A stretch of 63,302 bases of DNA, the filler included, from Octopus bimaculoides (taxonomy: Eukaryota): NCBI RefSeq assembly GCF_001194135.2. It is 4 parts of 4 records of this genome, joined end to end, with 100 filler letters (N's around TTAATTAATTAA, not from the genome) between each part and the next. Parts side by side here need not be neighbours in the genome. Positions count along the whole stretch, not along the records: positions 1 to 25,288 come from NC_068988.1; 3 more parts are not named here. One strand, written 5' to 3'. Below, one piece after another: positions 1-11,610 of this stretch; within the stretch, counting starts at the first letter, position 1, and every line of letters starts with the position of its first letter. A program made the translations under genes and the position numbers. The notes beneath the pieces are model-generated. The model did no database searches. It was given only the letters and a program-made list of their open reading frames with translations, and was not told where the DNA came from.

Positions 1-544
1 TCCCCTCCCCTCGGTTACACTATCTTTTCCTCCTGTTTTTTTTTGTTGTTTTTTTTTCCTTTGGGTTGTACTCTTCATTATTCTTTTATTTCGTTTTGAT
101 TTCTATCTGGATTATTTTTTTTTTAAATTACACCCCCCAGCCTTTCCTCCCCGCAACTATCCCTCCCCCTCCCCATATCTTTCTGCCTCCCCCTTTTTCT
201 TTTTCCCCTTTTTTTTGTCTTGCTCACTTAACCTTCTGTCCTTCTCTATCTCTATCCTTCACCTCTCCCTTATACTGTCTTCTGTTGTTCTCAATCTCTT
301 TCATCTTTCTCTCTCTCTCTCTCTCCCCCTCATTTTCTCTATTTCTCTTCAGGAGAAAAGCAAGAGACAGGGAAACATTTGGATAAATAAAAAAAAATGA
401 TAAAAAATCAGTACAACTTGCAGGCAAAACACCACAGGATCTCTGATGCTTGGCAGACTGAAACAGCGTCAGGCTTTTGTTTAAGAATTACGGATGCATT
501 CATTGTCTGCAGTTGCATTTAGCGAACCATATACCGTCAGCCAT

Positions 545-692
545 GGTGGTGATTTGGCAGAATTGTTAGAGCATCAGTCAGAAATATGCCCTGTCTAGCA
601 TCTTTTCTCACTCTTTACATACTGAGTTCAAATCTCGCAAAGATCCACTTTGCCTTTCATGCACCCATGATAGATAAAATCAAGTACCCAAG
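545..692 (+). mobile_element. tRNA-derived SINE family B, degenerate copy
   Basis: Decayed head GGTGGTGATTTGGCAGAATTGTTAG, B-box-like GAGTTCAAAT and central ACTTTGCCTTTCAT..GATAAAATCAAGTACC, shared with younger copies at 5795, 8046 and 28252. Confidence 0.75.
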
Positions 693-734
693 TGCCAGTC
701 AAGGGTAAGAGAGGTGTGAGGGTATTTGTATCTG

Positions 735-902
735 TCGTTTGACTGCAGCCATGCTGGAGCACTGCCTTTTAGTTGAAGAAATCAACCCCAGGACATATTC
801 TTTGTAAGCCTAGTACTTATTCTATCGGTCTCTTTTTGCCGAACCGCTAAGTTACAGGGACGTAAACACACCAGCATTGGTTGTCAAGCAATGCTAGGGG
901 GA

Positions 903-944
<42 letters not shown>

Positions 945-1202
945 NNNNNNNNNNNNNNNNNNNNNNNNNNNNNNNNNNNNNNNNNNNNNNNNNNNNNNNN
1001 NNNNNNNNNNNNNNNNNNNNNNNNNNNNNNNNNNNNNNNNNNNNNNNNNNNNNNNNNNNNNNNNNNNNNNNNNNNNNNNNNNNNNNNNNNNNNNNNNNNN
1101 NNNNNNNNNNNNNNNNNNNNNNNNNNNNNNNNNNNNNNNNNNNNNNNNNNNNNNNNNNNNNNNNNNNNNNNNNNNNNNNNNNNNNNNNNNNNNNNNNNNN
1201 NN

Positions 1203-1240
<38 letters not shown>

Positions 1241-1264
1241 GACGGGCTTCTTTCAGTTTCCGTC

Positions 1265-1301
<37 letters not shown>

Positions 1302-1452
1302 TATGGGCTTCTTTCAGTTTCTGCCTACCAAATCCGCTCAGAAGGCTTTCGTCAGCCTTAGGTTATAGTAGAAGACACTTGCCCAAGGTGCCACACAGTG
1401 GGACTTAACCCGGAACTATGTGGTTAGAAAGCAAGCTTCTTACCACACAGCC
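735..1452 (-). mobile_element. tRNA-derived SINE family A (CORE-like domain), near full length, spans an N gap
   Basis: On the minus strand: A-box GGCTGTGTGG, B-box-like GGTTAAGTCCC, GGCACCTTGGGCAAGTG (resembles the CORE domain), internal (TA)n/(TG)n and a 3' part ending CCAGCATGGCTGCAGTCAAA. Many copies in the window. Confidence 0.88.
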
Positions 1453-1476
1453 TACTTCTTTTAAGGAACATAGGGT

Positions 1477-1684
1477 TGGTTTCCAGATTTCTCTGGCCTA
1501 TATATATTCCCTGGATGGGACGTCGATCCGTCATAGGATTACTTCTTTTTACCAGCTGAGTAGACTGGAGAACATGAAATGAAGTGTTTTGCTCAAGAAC
1601 ACAACATGCAGCCCAGTCCAGGAATCAAAACCACAATCTTACGATCACAAGTCCAACACCCTAACCACTAAGCCATACACCTCC
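1477..1684 (-). mobile_element. tRNA-derived SINE family C (V-domain-like)
   Basis: Minus strand: GGAGGTGTATGGCTTAGTGGTTAGGG A-box and GGTTTTGATTCCTGG B-box; matches copies at 11611, 20835 and 34070. Confidence 0.85.
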
Positions 1685-1880
1685 ACTGACTTTTAAATGG
1701 GTATCTAAAAAAACAAGCATTAGTAAAAGCATGGTTTGTATTGATACCCAAGTCATTGTCAATTGGGATTGAAGGCCATAATGTCGTGTGTGTGAAAAAG
1801 TGGAATTTATGAGGACAGTGGGAAATTGTAGTCGTTTCACTGCAAACAGGTCTTTAGCTTTCAACTTGGACAAAGACACC

Positions 1881-2671
1881 CTAACCAAACCTTAAACTGC
1901 ACTGAGTGTTAAGAAAATGTGGGTTGAAGGGGATAAAGACACACCCCCACAGAGTGTGGTAAGAGTAATGGCAGCAGCTGTGCAGGGTTAGTATTACAAA
2001 AGAAGAGTACATTTAATACTAGTTAAGGATTCAGTGTAATGTATGCATGTGTGTGTGTGTCAGTATGCATGTATATATGAGTGTGTATGTATCTGTGCAT
2101 GTACCTGTGTGTGTTTGTGTGTGCATATATGCTTTTGTGCATGTGTATGTGTGTGTATCAATGTACATGTGTATGCATGTATGTCTTTATATGTGCATGT
2201 GAACATATGTCTATGTCTGTATATATTGTGTGGGTGTGTGTGTGTGTGTGTATAAATTGCCTATGAAGGGGTGATGGAAAGTTCCTGGCTTTAAGGGTAT
2301 CACGAAAGGCCTGGCTGGAGGCCCAACCTTCTGAGTTTTTTCACAGGGTTTAGAAAAACTGAAGGACCAATGCAATAAGTGTGTGAATCTGAGAGGAGAT
2401 TAGGTTGAATAAAATTAACTGATCCTCCTGTATTTTCTTTTATCCAAAGCCAGGAACTTGTCAGCACCCTTTCTTATATATGCACATGGATATCACAAAC
2501 AGGACAACACAAGAATCTGCTGAAAAGTTGTCTAGTTGCAGCTCACCTATCTCTCAGCTTGGAATCAGCAATGTCTTGGGAGACCAGCATCACAACACAT
2601 ACGTCTGTATCAACGGAGCTCCCTTCAACCCACATTTTCTTAACACTTGGTGCAATTTAAGGTTTGGTTAG
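1881..2671. repeat. 51-bp inverted repeat pair (1881-1931 and 2621-2671)
   Basis: 1881-1931 equals the reverse complement of 2621-2671 at 48 of 51 positions; all three differences are transitions. Confidence 0.9.
2264..2473 (+). mobile_element. Mariner-like MITE (~210 bp)
   Basis: TIR-like ends TGAAGGGGTGATGGAAAGTTCCTGGCTTT and AAAGCCAGGAACTTGTCAGCACCCTT, TA at the left flank, and a second copy in reverse orientation at 6088-6290. Confidence 0.8.
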
Positions 2672-2924
2672 TTTACGACACCTACACTCTTCCTTCTATT
2701 TATAAATGAATTTCTTACTGTCGCTTCTAATTTTACTCTTTCCTCTACTTATGATATCACTCTTCACTACTGTGTAACCTCTCCCACACAGCCTATCATC
2801 GATAAGCTACTGAGATAGGTAGACACCATCGCTCCAAGCATGTACTGCGGTTGAACAGAGACCTTGAAAATATTTTCCAAAATAGGAACATGATAAGCTA
2901 ATCTCATTCAAAAGGGTCCATCAG

Positions 2925-3168
2925 ATCATCATCATCATCATCATCATCATCATTTTAACGTCCTCTTTGTCATACTTGTGTGGGCAAGATGGAGTTTATT
3001 GAAGCAGATTTTCTACAGTTGGATGCCCTTCCTGTCACCAACCCATACCTGTTTCCAAGCAAGGAAATATTTCCACATGGCCAGATGAGTTTCCGCAGAA
3101 TTAATGGAAATGATCGACACTGCTTGTATGGCAGTAACACACATTGATAACTATCAGATAATGTTAAG

Positions 3169-3170
<2 letters not shown>
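2925..3170 (-). mobile_element. SINE 3' module ending in (ATG)n tail
   Basis: Minus strand: CCTTGCTTGGAAACAGG..GGTTGGTGACAGGAAGGGCATCCAACTGTAGAAAATCTGC..GGACGTTAAAATGATGATG; same module at 12640-12814, 17186-17365 and 23155-23270. Confidence 0.8.
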
Positions 3171-3198
<28 letters not shown>

Positions 3199-3199
<1 letters not shown>

Positions 3200-3308
3200 A
3201 GGCTACTTTCAGTTTCTGTCTACCAAATCCACTCTCAAGGCTTCAGTGGGACTGAACCCAGAATCATGTGTTTGAGAAGCAAACTTCTTACCAAACAGCC
3301 ACACCTGC
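3199..3308 (-). mobile_element. SINE family A head with internal deletion
   Basis: TTTCAGTTTCTGTCTACCAAATCCACTC joined directly to CAGTGGGACTGAACCCAG..CTTCTTACCAAACAGCC. Confidence 0.8.
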
Positions 3309-3827
3309 ACTGACTTATCACTTTACCAAGTTCTTTCACCTGAGGTTTTGTTCCACCCTTCCCAGACTTAAACCTAAAAAAAAATTGTTCAGGTTAAAGT
3401 ACCAACTGTATCTACCTCCACCACAAGTCTTGGGGAAGGTTTGCATTGCTTTGCCTTTTCTTCTTTAGATTATATACTGGAAGAATAAATAAATGAGTGA
3501 CTGAAATGAAGAAAGAAATAATTAACTTAATTGTCCTCAAATCTCCTTGCCATTGCGACTTGGCATCAAGCTTTTTCCGGGGAAATAACATGTGCAGGTG
3601 ACTTAGCACCATCGTTTCTTGTTCAGACTAATACTACAGTTGAACAATGGGTGGGGGGAGATCCTTCTGATTCATGGACAGATTAACTTCAACTATACAT
3701 TGTGTGTGTGTGTGTGTTATATTCATTAGTCTCCACTATTATGTATTGAAACAACTTCTACACACCTTTAAAAAATGGTCTCGGCTGCCAATAGTGGATC
3801 ATAGCTTTTAGTTATTTCCTGACTCTG

Positions 3828-3862
<35 letters not shown>

Positions 3863-3875
3863 TNNNNNNNNNNTT

Positions 3876-3910
<35 letters not shown>

Positions 3911-4041
3911 TTCTCTCTCTCTACCCTCTTCTAATTCTCTTTATTTCTTGTTCTCTCTCTTGATCCATCTCTGTGGTTTGTGTATCTATACGTTTGTGTG
4001 TGTGTGTGTTACGTGTATATGCATGAATGTGTATATGTATG

Positions 4042-4117
<76 letters not shown>

Positions 4118-4784
4118 CACACATATATACACACACACATATATATATACATATATATATATATATGCAGTTTTATATATATGCATATATTGAACTGCCA
4201 CTAGTTTCTAAAAGAAAAGTAAATACAACCGTCCTACCATTCATTGATAGAAGTATCGATTCTTTTATGTATTTGCTGTGTTTTTTCTTTTAATTTTTTT
4301 TTTATTTTATTTTATTTTCCTTTACTTGATAAGTTATTCAAGTTCAGTTTAGTTTGAATTTGAAAACTATTGCTGACATTTCTGTTCCCTCTGGAGTACA
4401 GATAAACAAAACACAACACAACACACACACACACACACAAACACCAACGCCCCGCATGTGTGCGTGTTCACTTAAAATAACTTGACATACATGTTGGACC
4501 TGTTACTTTCAGAGGCAAGGGAAGATGGGAGTGTTGTATGGAGAGCCAGAGTAAAAATGAATGACTCACCAGAGAGAACAGTGGTTGTCTTCCCCTTTAT
4601 ATTAGTAACAGTAGCTGTAGAAGGAGTTAGGGGTGATTGTGAAGTGATTGCTGGGGTCCCTAACCATTTTTTGCACCTTAGAGTAGTTTCATGCAATACA
4701 ATTTTCCCATGGAATGGGGGCATCACATGACTAACGAAACACAATAAAGTGGATAATATATAATTCAGTTAACGTGTATAATAC

Positions 4785-4929
4785 AGGCATGGTTGTGTGG
4801 TAAGTAGATTGCTTCTCAACCACATGGCTCTGGGTTCAATCCTATTGCATGGCACCTTGGGCAAGTGCCTTCTGCTATGGCACCAAGTCAACCAAAGTCT
4901 TGTTAGTGGATTTGGTAGACGAAAAATGA
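4785..4929 (+). mobile_element. SINE family A 5' half
   Basis: GGCATGGTTGTGTGGTAAG..GGGTTCAATCCTATTGCATGGCACCTTGGGCAAGTG..GTGGATTTGGTAGACG. Confidence 0.85.
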
Positions 4930-4932
4930 TTT

Positions 4933-4975
4933 ATGGCCCAGAACTGGTCTGTAACCTGGTGATTGGGGGCCCCTG
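4933..4975 (-). mobile_element. hAT (Charlie/MER1-like) terminus remnant
   Basis: Reverse complement CAGGGGCCCCCAATCACCAGGTTACAGACCAGTTCTGGGCCAT matches 14276-14320 and resembles CpG-decayed CAGGGGTCCCCAAC..GGACCGGTACCGGTCC hAT ends. Confidence 0.5.
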
Positions 4976-5383
4976 CTCTGTTGGACCCAACCTTTAATGC
5001 ATCCAGTCTTTGTCCACTGTCATTAGCTTCTTTATCCTTCCATGGGAACTACTGTGATCACCACCTCTACTTTGAGGTTATTTCAACTCTGAGAGTTCTC
5101 CTTGCAGAGAGATTGGGATTTGGTTTCAGAAGTTAATCCCTTCTTTTTTACCTCTTTTTTTTTTTTTTTTTGTAATCATTGCATTTGTTTTCATTATACG
5201 AAAACACAAACATGGTTGGTATACCCTTATATTAAATGTGGTTATATTGAGCCTAATTCCTGTATATGCATGTCATAGCTAGCCAGGATTACAGTTAAAC
5301 ACTTACTACTTACATATACCCCTACACACACATACATGTGAGTACATATGTGTGTTTTTTTAATAGGTAAACCTCAGTTTGTG

Positions 5384-5690
5384 TTGATGGATGGAGTGAG
5401 GAAAGCTTTGGTGGTTAGAGGTGTTGGAGTAAGAGAGGCAAGAGAGTTTATAAATGATAGGAAAGCTTGGAGAATGTTTGTGGATAAATGAGTGAACTTT
5501 GATGTTGCTCAAAGCAGTATGGAACCAGCATATGCTGTCAAGCTCTGCTGCTGATGCTGATATTGAGGGTTGCATTCTATACCTTGACCTGAGCATAAAA
5601 CAGGCCCACCCCTTTGAGCTGGGAAATGAATGGAATGCCTGGTGTATGTCTTGTTGTGGCTACCCCTGCCTAAATAAAGTGGGGAATGGG
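5384..5690 (+). mobile_element. RTE-clade LINE 3' end (ORF C-terminus plus 3' UTR)
   Basis: Translates LMDGVRKALVVRGVGVREAREFINDRKAWRMFVDK* (stop at 5489-5491), matching the RTE C-terminal pattern W.DGV...L......AR....DR..WR. Confidence 0.7.
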
Positions 5691-5794
5691 CCTGGGTATA
5701 TATATTTATATAGGAACTTGTGGCCTGTCAGCATTTCTCAAGATATTCTGAAACACAATGCACACCAAGCAAAATGCTTGGCAATATTTTGTCC

Positions 5795-5968
5795 CTCTGG
5801 TATTTCGTCTGTCTTTACGTTCTGAGTTCAAATTCCGCCAAGGTTGACTTTTGCCTTTCATCCTTTCGGGGTCGATAAATTAAGTACCAGTTGCATACTG
5901 GGGTTGATCTAATCAACTGGCCATCTCCCTAAACATTTCGGGCCTTGTGTCTCGAGTAGAAAAGAAGT
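5795..5968 (+). mobile_element. Young 5'-truncated SINE family B (Meta-domain-like)
   Basis: GAGTTCAAATTCCGCC B-box, GCCTTTCATCCTTTCGGGGTCGATAAATTAAGTACCAG central domain, 8-bp TSD. Confidence 0.88.
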
Positions 5969-6087
5969 TTTTGTCCTTCTTTACATTCTGAGTTCAAATT
6001 CCACCAAGGTTGATTTTTGCCTTTGATCCTTTCAGAATCGATAAAATAAATACCAGTTGAGCACTGGGGGTCAATGTAATCAACTGA

Positions 6088-6290
6088 CAAGGGGATACCA
6101 AAAAGTTCCTGGCTTTGGATAAAAGGAAATACAGGGGGATCAGTTAATTATGATTTTATTCAACATATTCCTCCCTGAGATTCCCACACTTATTACAGTG
6201 GTCCTTCAGTTTTTCTAAACCCTGTGAAAAGACTTGGAAGGTTGGGCCTCCAACCAGACCTTTCGCAATATCCTTAAAGCACCCCCCTTG
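6088..6290 (-). mobile_element. Mariner-like MITE, second copy
   Basis: Reverse-complement match to 2264-2473 over the whole length; ends CCCCCCTTG-TA. Confidence 0.8.
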
Positions 6291-7320
6291 TACAGCCTCC
6301 CTTGAACTTGCTGGCCTTGTGCCAAAATTCAAAACCAATATGGAACACAATGGCTCTGTGCTTAAGATTCTGGTCTATTGACCATATGGTCATAAGATGA
6401 ACTCTTATTAATGTTACTGAATGGCATCCTCCTAAGTCAAACATATAATTCTGCTTGCTCCCAGTTTACTTCACTGTATGATTGCTACTCCATGGTTTAG
6501 TGAATGATCTTGGTGTAAAGCTGTTCTGTCTGTGGAAACAGGTAAACCATTCTGTCCATGAAAAAATGGCTATAAAAGAAAATCTCCACATCCGAATTCA
6601 ATGAAAATATTGCATTGAATTGAGAATCAAAAATAGGTAGAAGTTAGAAGCATAGTCATTGCTGTCAGAAACAGCAGTCACTTTAGAAGATACATTTTAA
6701 TTATGGATGTACTCCATGGACACGTATATAGACATACCTTTACTCTCAGAGAGTGTTGTGTCTCCTATCACAGTGTGGGCTGGTTGTTTCTGCAAATTCA
6801 CATTTATTTTTTTTAACTGTTGGGTTGTGTAGAAACCTTTATTATAATATCCAGCCACAGAAGAAAGGAGGATATTTATTGTAACTTCATATTTTAAAGG
6901 CAGAAAACATAGCTGCTATATTCTTTTGAACTTTTGTAATGAAACAAAATTTTATCAACACAAAGATTATTATGTACACATCATGCATGTGTGTGTGTGT
7001 GTATGCATGTGTCTTTATTGAATATTGCAATATTGAAACGTCATAGGCGTGAAGCAGTCTTTTCCTTCTGATTTAGAACAGGATTATTATTATCACTTTT
7101 GTGGTCTACGACTTTTCAAAGTATATGATAGATGGTCTAACATATTTTCCTAGTGTATAATAGATTTTTCATATCCCTTCAAAGTATATGGAAGTTTAAA
7201 CATGATATTGAATTATAAAACAGAGCTTGCAGATGTTTTATGAAAGTCAGAATGACTGATTGATTGATTGATAGATAGATTGATAGGTTGGAAAATAGAT
7301 AAGCAGGCAGGTAGGCAGAC

Positions 7321-7355
<35 letters not shown>

Positions 7356-7672
7356 AAGAAAGATAAGCAGGCAGGCAGGCAGACAAATAGATAGATAGAT
7401 AGATAGATAAGCAGGCAGACAGATAGATAGATGCACACAGATAGATAGATTGATAGAATTGGTGATATCCAAATATGTAAATAACATTTCCAAAATAAAT
7501 GTAAACATAAAAACCCAAGCTAAAGAAAAAGTGCAATATTACAATATCTCATCATTTGTGTTGTGGTTGAAGTCTGAGGCTTTCTGCTTCAGAATGAACA
7601 CCTTTATAGAATCCTGTTTCACGTTCACACAATGGTGCCAGTTTAATGATAGTTTACCATGTGAATTGGTAA

Positions 7673-7710
<38 letters not shown>

Positions 7711-7838
7711 ATAATTAAAGGATCAGCAAGCATTTGCTTCACCATATACCGAAGTTCAGAAATAGCAGCTAAACCTTTACCCTTTTAATTTGTAATATAT
7801 ATATATATATATATATACATAGACACACAGTCATAATA

Positions 7839-8018
7839 TTCTTTTTTACTCCAGGCACAAGGCCCAAAATTTTGGGAGAGGGGGCCAGTCGATTAGATCA
7901 TCCCCATTATGCAACTGATACTTAATTTATCAACCCTGAAAGGATGAAAGGCAAAGTCGACCTTGGCGGAATTTGAACTCAGAATGTAAAGACAGACGAA
8001 ATACCGCTAAGCATTTCG
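7839..8018 (-). mobile_element. SINE family B
   Basis: Reverse complement of the family-B unit (GAAAGGATGAAAGGCAAAGTCGACCTTGGCGGAATTTGAACTCAGAA on the plus strand). Confidence 0.88.
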
Positions 8019-8045
8019 TCTGTCTTTACAATCATAATAAAATCT

Positions 8046-8246
8046 AAGGCGGAGAGCTGGCAGAAACGTTAGCATGCTGGGCGAAATGCTTGGCAGTATT
8101 TCGGAGTTCAAATTCCACCGAGGTCGACTTTGCCTTTCATCCTTTCAGGGTTGATAAATTAAGTACCAGTTGCGTACTGGGGTCAATCAAATCGACTTAA
8201 TCCCCTGCCCCAAAATTTCATGCTTTGTACCTAGAGTAGAAAAGAA
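8046..8246 (+). mobile_element. SINE family B
   Basis: GGCGGAGAGCTGGCAGAAACGTTAGC head, GAGTTCAAATTCC, central domain and tail CCTAGAGTAGAAAAGA. Confidence 0.88.
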
Positions 8247-8623
8247 TATTACGTTAAGTATTTTGTCAGAGACGTTTTTACAACAGGAAGTAAAATCTGA
8301 AATATATCATTGGTTACTTATGTTGACACATTGAATGGTGGGAAATTTTCAGTTTGGCTCCTATAAAAATGCACTGGTTAGGAAGATATTTTTTTTTATG
8401 TTGCGCATCTAGGGAAAAACCAGTCTGACAGAGTCCATCCTTAACTACACTATACTCACAGCAAGCTCTTGAAATAACAACTGCCCACACTTCTACTTTA
8501 GTGACTCATCCGTGGTGATACATTGATCATTTGAGAGTCCACTTGAGTCTTGACGACAGCCAACACAGTGTTGGTGACAGAGTAAGAGTTTCTCTCTCAC
8601 CCAGTTATGTTCCTAACTTGGTC

Positions 8624-8670
<47 letters not shown>

Positions 8671-9946
8671 CTAAAAGCTTGCTTAGATATTGCTTGTTTA
8701 ATACATGAGGAGAAAGATTAAGAATCTTAATCAATCTTGAAGATTATCAGGAGACATAAGATAAAGTTATTATTAAGAAAGTTTGGGGAAGCTAATAACA
8801 TTTAATCTTTAATTGTATGCGTATGCGCGCACGCACACGTGTGTGTGTGTGTGTGTAAGAAAGGAGAAGGGAGCTTTTGATTTATTAGATTCTAAGCTAT
8901 TTTGATATTCTCTCTGAACTCTTTCAACTTCATTTCTTCTTCTTCTCTCCTTACTTCAATTTTCTATACGATCATGTTTTTTTCTCTCTCTCTCTCTCTC
9001 TTTTTTTTTCCTCCCTTTCTTCAATTCCGCCAATATTTGATGTCTAAAGAAAACTTTGAATCTCGTACTCCTGATTTGATGGTTTAATAATATCAGTGGA
9101 GAAGGAAGCAAGACCCCCACACACACACACACACACCTCACTACACATGCACATGTACACTGACGTACACACGTGCACATGCATACTTGCACACACACAC
9201 GCACACACATGCACATGTACACACAACCCCCAGGTAATTCTTCTGTTAACCATTCCATGTCTCAATTCTGATATTACAGCAATTCTTTCTTTTTTCTCCC
9301 CCCCCCCTTTTCCATGTAAAGTTCCCATCTAAAGACAACATATATAGATTGGTCTTTCCTTAATGTTGTATTCCTTCCCCCACTTTACTTTCTCTTTCAT
9401 TCGTCCTTTCATTTCTCTCTCTCTCTCATTCGCTCCACTTCTCTCTTTCATATGTACATATATGCAGACACACACACATACACACTCACTCACATATACA
9501 CACTTGCACACACTATACTTGCTGGAATTTCTCATTAATTCTTACCACACCATCACCATCACCATCACCACTCCCCGCCAAAAAAAAAAAATCTTACTAA
9601 AATTAAATTGTATCCCAGAGTACACACTTTGGTTGCTGAGGTCATTATCAGTAAGCAAATGAAATTGTAAATGCATTTGCTAAAAGCCCATTGTTGTTGT
9701 CATTTATGAATCCCCACCACCACTGCCACCACCTCCACTATCATCATCATCATCATCATCGGTGATCTTGTCTCTGCCACCATCATTGTCATAAGTTATA
9801 TGAAGTCTCTTCTCTTTTGAACAAGCAGTACCAACAGTATTTTATCTAAATTATTATTTCNNNNNNNNNNNNNNNNNNNNNNNNNNNNNNNNNNNNNNNN
9901 NNNNNNNNNNNNNNNNNNNNNNNNNNNNNNNNNNNNNNTTTTTTTT

Positions 9947-10301
9947 TTTACTTGTTTCAGTCTTTTGACTGTGGCCATGCTGGAGCACTGCCTTTAGTCG
10001 AGCAAATCGACCCCAGGATTTATTCTTTGAAAGCCTAGCACTTATTCTATCGGTCTCTTTTGCCGAACTGCTAAGTTACGGGGACATAAACACACCAGCA
10101 TCGGTTGTCAAGCGATGTTGGGGGGACAAACACTTACACATACATATATATATATACATATATACGACAGGCTTCTTTCAGTTTCCGTCTACCAAATCCA
10201 CTCACAAGGCTTTAGTTGGCCCGAGGCTATAGTAGAAGACACTTGCCCAAGATGCCACGCAGTGGGACTGAACCTGGGACCATGTGGTTGGTAAGCAAGC
10301 T
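9947..10301 (-). mobile_element. SINE family A, near full length, young
   Basis: TTTTACTTGTTTCAGTC..GACTGTGGCCATGCTGGAGCAC..GTGGGACTGAACCTGGGACCATGTGG, collinear with 735-1452. Confidence 0.9.
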
Positions 10302-10410
10302 TGTTTTTTTTCTTTTTAAACTTGTGTACAATTAACTTCTGTTAATAACACAAGCACACAAAAGTGTGTGTGTGTACCATATTTATTTTCAAGTCAAACA
10401 TAAGTTTTTC

Positions 10411-10606
10411 TGTTGTTGTTGTTGTTTGCACTCCGTCGCTTACGACGTCGAGGGTTCCAGTTGATCCGATCAACAGAACAGCCTGCTCGTGAAATTAACG
10501 TGCAAGTGGCTGAGCACTCCACAGACACGTGTACCCTTAACGTAGTTCTCGAGGATATTCAGCGCGACACAGTGTGACAAGGCTGACCCTTTGAATTACA
10601 GGCACA
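10411..10606 (-). mobile_element. Young retroposon 3' module with (CAA)n tail
   Basis: CpG-rich block ACTCCGTCGCTTACGACGTCGAGGG..GCCTGCTCGTGAAATTAACGTG next to (GTT)n inside CpG-poor DNA; reads as a SINE/LINE tail on the minus strand. Confidence 0.6.
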
Positions 10607-10656
10607 GGTTTTTCCATTAGGACAAGGTATAAAATAGAGCAAATCTTATGTTTTAA

Positions 10657-11036
10657 TATCTTTTACTTGTTTCAGTCACTAGACTGCGGCCATGCTGGAG
10701 CATTGCCTTGAATTTTAGTCAGACAAATTGACACCAGTACTTTTATTTTTAAGCTTGCTACTTATTCTATCAATCTCTTTTTGCCAAACTGCTAAGTTGG
10801 TAGGGACGTAAACATATCAGCACCAGTTGTCAAGTGATTGTAGGGGACAAACACCAACAAACACACACACACACAGATACAATAAATGGGCTTCTCTCAG
10901 TTTCCACCAACCAAATCCACTCACAAGGCTTTGGTCGGCCTAGAGCTATACTAGAAGACATGTGGCCAAGGTGCCACATTGTGGGACTGAACCCATGACC
11001 ATGTGGTTGAGAAGAGGAGCAAAGCCATGCCTGCAC
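10657..11036 (-). mobile_element. SINE family A, near full length
   Basis: Collinear with 9947-10301, more diverged. Confidence 0.88.
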
Positions 11037-11515
11037 AAGTAAACGTAGTATGTATGCTTGCGTGCGTGTGTATGTGTGTGTGTGTGTTGGGGGGTAGATA
11101 GATAGATAGATAGATAGATTGATTGATTGATTGATAGATAGATAGACAGATAGATGGTTCTTCATTTGTTTGCATTTCTTTACTGACCCTTTGTTTTTTG
11201 TTGTTTTTAGGTCAGTAAATATTTGGTTTGATTCTTCCTGTTACCATTCAATCAATCTGTGATAGATCTTGTTTTGTTTCCTTCACTTCTCTCTGATGGA
11301 AGAATGTTAGATTTCCTCTTAGAGCGTTTAAATTAATAATCTTTGAATTTATTTACTGACAAAAATAGTTATTTGTTATAATATATTTGATATGAAATGA
11401 AAAAGGCTATTTGTTGTAATTTACTTATATATATAAGTGTTTGATAAGTACCAATGCACGAAACTCTCAGACCTTGAGCCACTCGGTTGCTTCTATTAAA
11501 TATTAATAATATATA

Positions 11516-11564
<49 letters not shown>

Positions 11565-11610
11565 AAATAAATGTGCCCTTTTAAAGCCTAGCCAGGCTCA
11601 NNNNNNNNNN

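Larger units (their letters stand above)
5765..6337 (+). mobile_element. Old SINE family B copy interrupted by a young SINE B (5795-5968) and a MITE (6088-6290)
   Basis: Head at 5765-5794, body at 5969-6087 and tail at 6291-6337 rejoin into one family-B unit; TTTTGTCC is duplicated at 5787-5794 and 5969-5976. Confidence 0.8.
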
